Of a stretch of 64,000 nucleotides of DNA, positions 63,979 to 64,000 are shown piece after piece (the stretch's first letter is position 1; the number at the start of each line of letters is the position of its first letter). This DNA is from a virus (taxonomy: Duplodnaviria > Caudoviricetes), in the IMG/VR virus record IMGVR_UViG_2930430511_000001, positions 25,707 to 89,706 of that record. One strand, 5' to 3'. The notes under the pieces are model-generated. The model was not told where the DNA came from, did not search any database, and saw only the letters and a list, made by a program, of their open reading frames with translations. A program made the translations under genes and the position numbers.

Positions 63979-64000
63979 CCCCGATCGTGCCGCGGCGCCC

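Overview
GC-rich actinobacterial (very likely Streptomyces) extrachromosomal element that combines three modules: (i) a plasmid backbone (parA/parB with four parS-like palindromes, an HTH replication initiator next to a DciA-like helicase loader, a Cre-like tyrosine recombinase plus a degenerate recombinase-like gene), (ii) an apparently complete siphovirus late region on the minus strand (terS, terL, portal, scaffold, decoration, capsid, head-tail, tail tube, frameshifted tail chaperones, 1805-aa tape measure, tail tip, lysis cassette), and (iii) a Streptomyces TraB/Spd-type dsDNA conjugation region with a divergent GntR (KorA/TraR-type) repressor, followed by a second, phage-like initiator with internal repeats. 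It is best read as a conjugative phage-plasmid. The most unusual signals read directly from the sequence are: an integron-like array of small ORFs joined by an identical 20-bp stop-RBS-start linker next to the recombinase locus; two 65-bp inverted repeats with a 13-8-13 core flanking a 9.9-kb segment; a set of hairpins with complementary 7-nt loops (UUACCAG/CUGGUAA) around the rep leader; a shared motif before late-gene blocks; a shared operator over two promoters; and a 49-bp tandem duplication frameshifting the gene upstream of the recombinase. All protein calls come from motif recognition by eye; no database searches were run.
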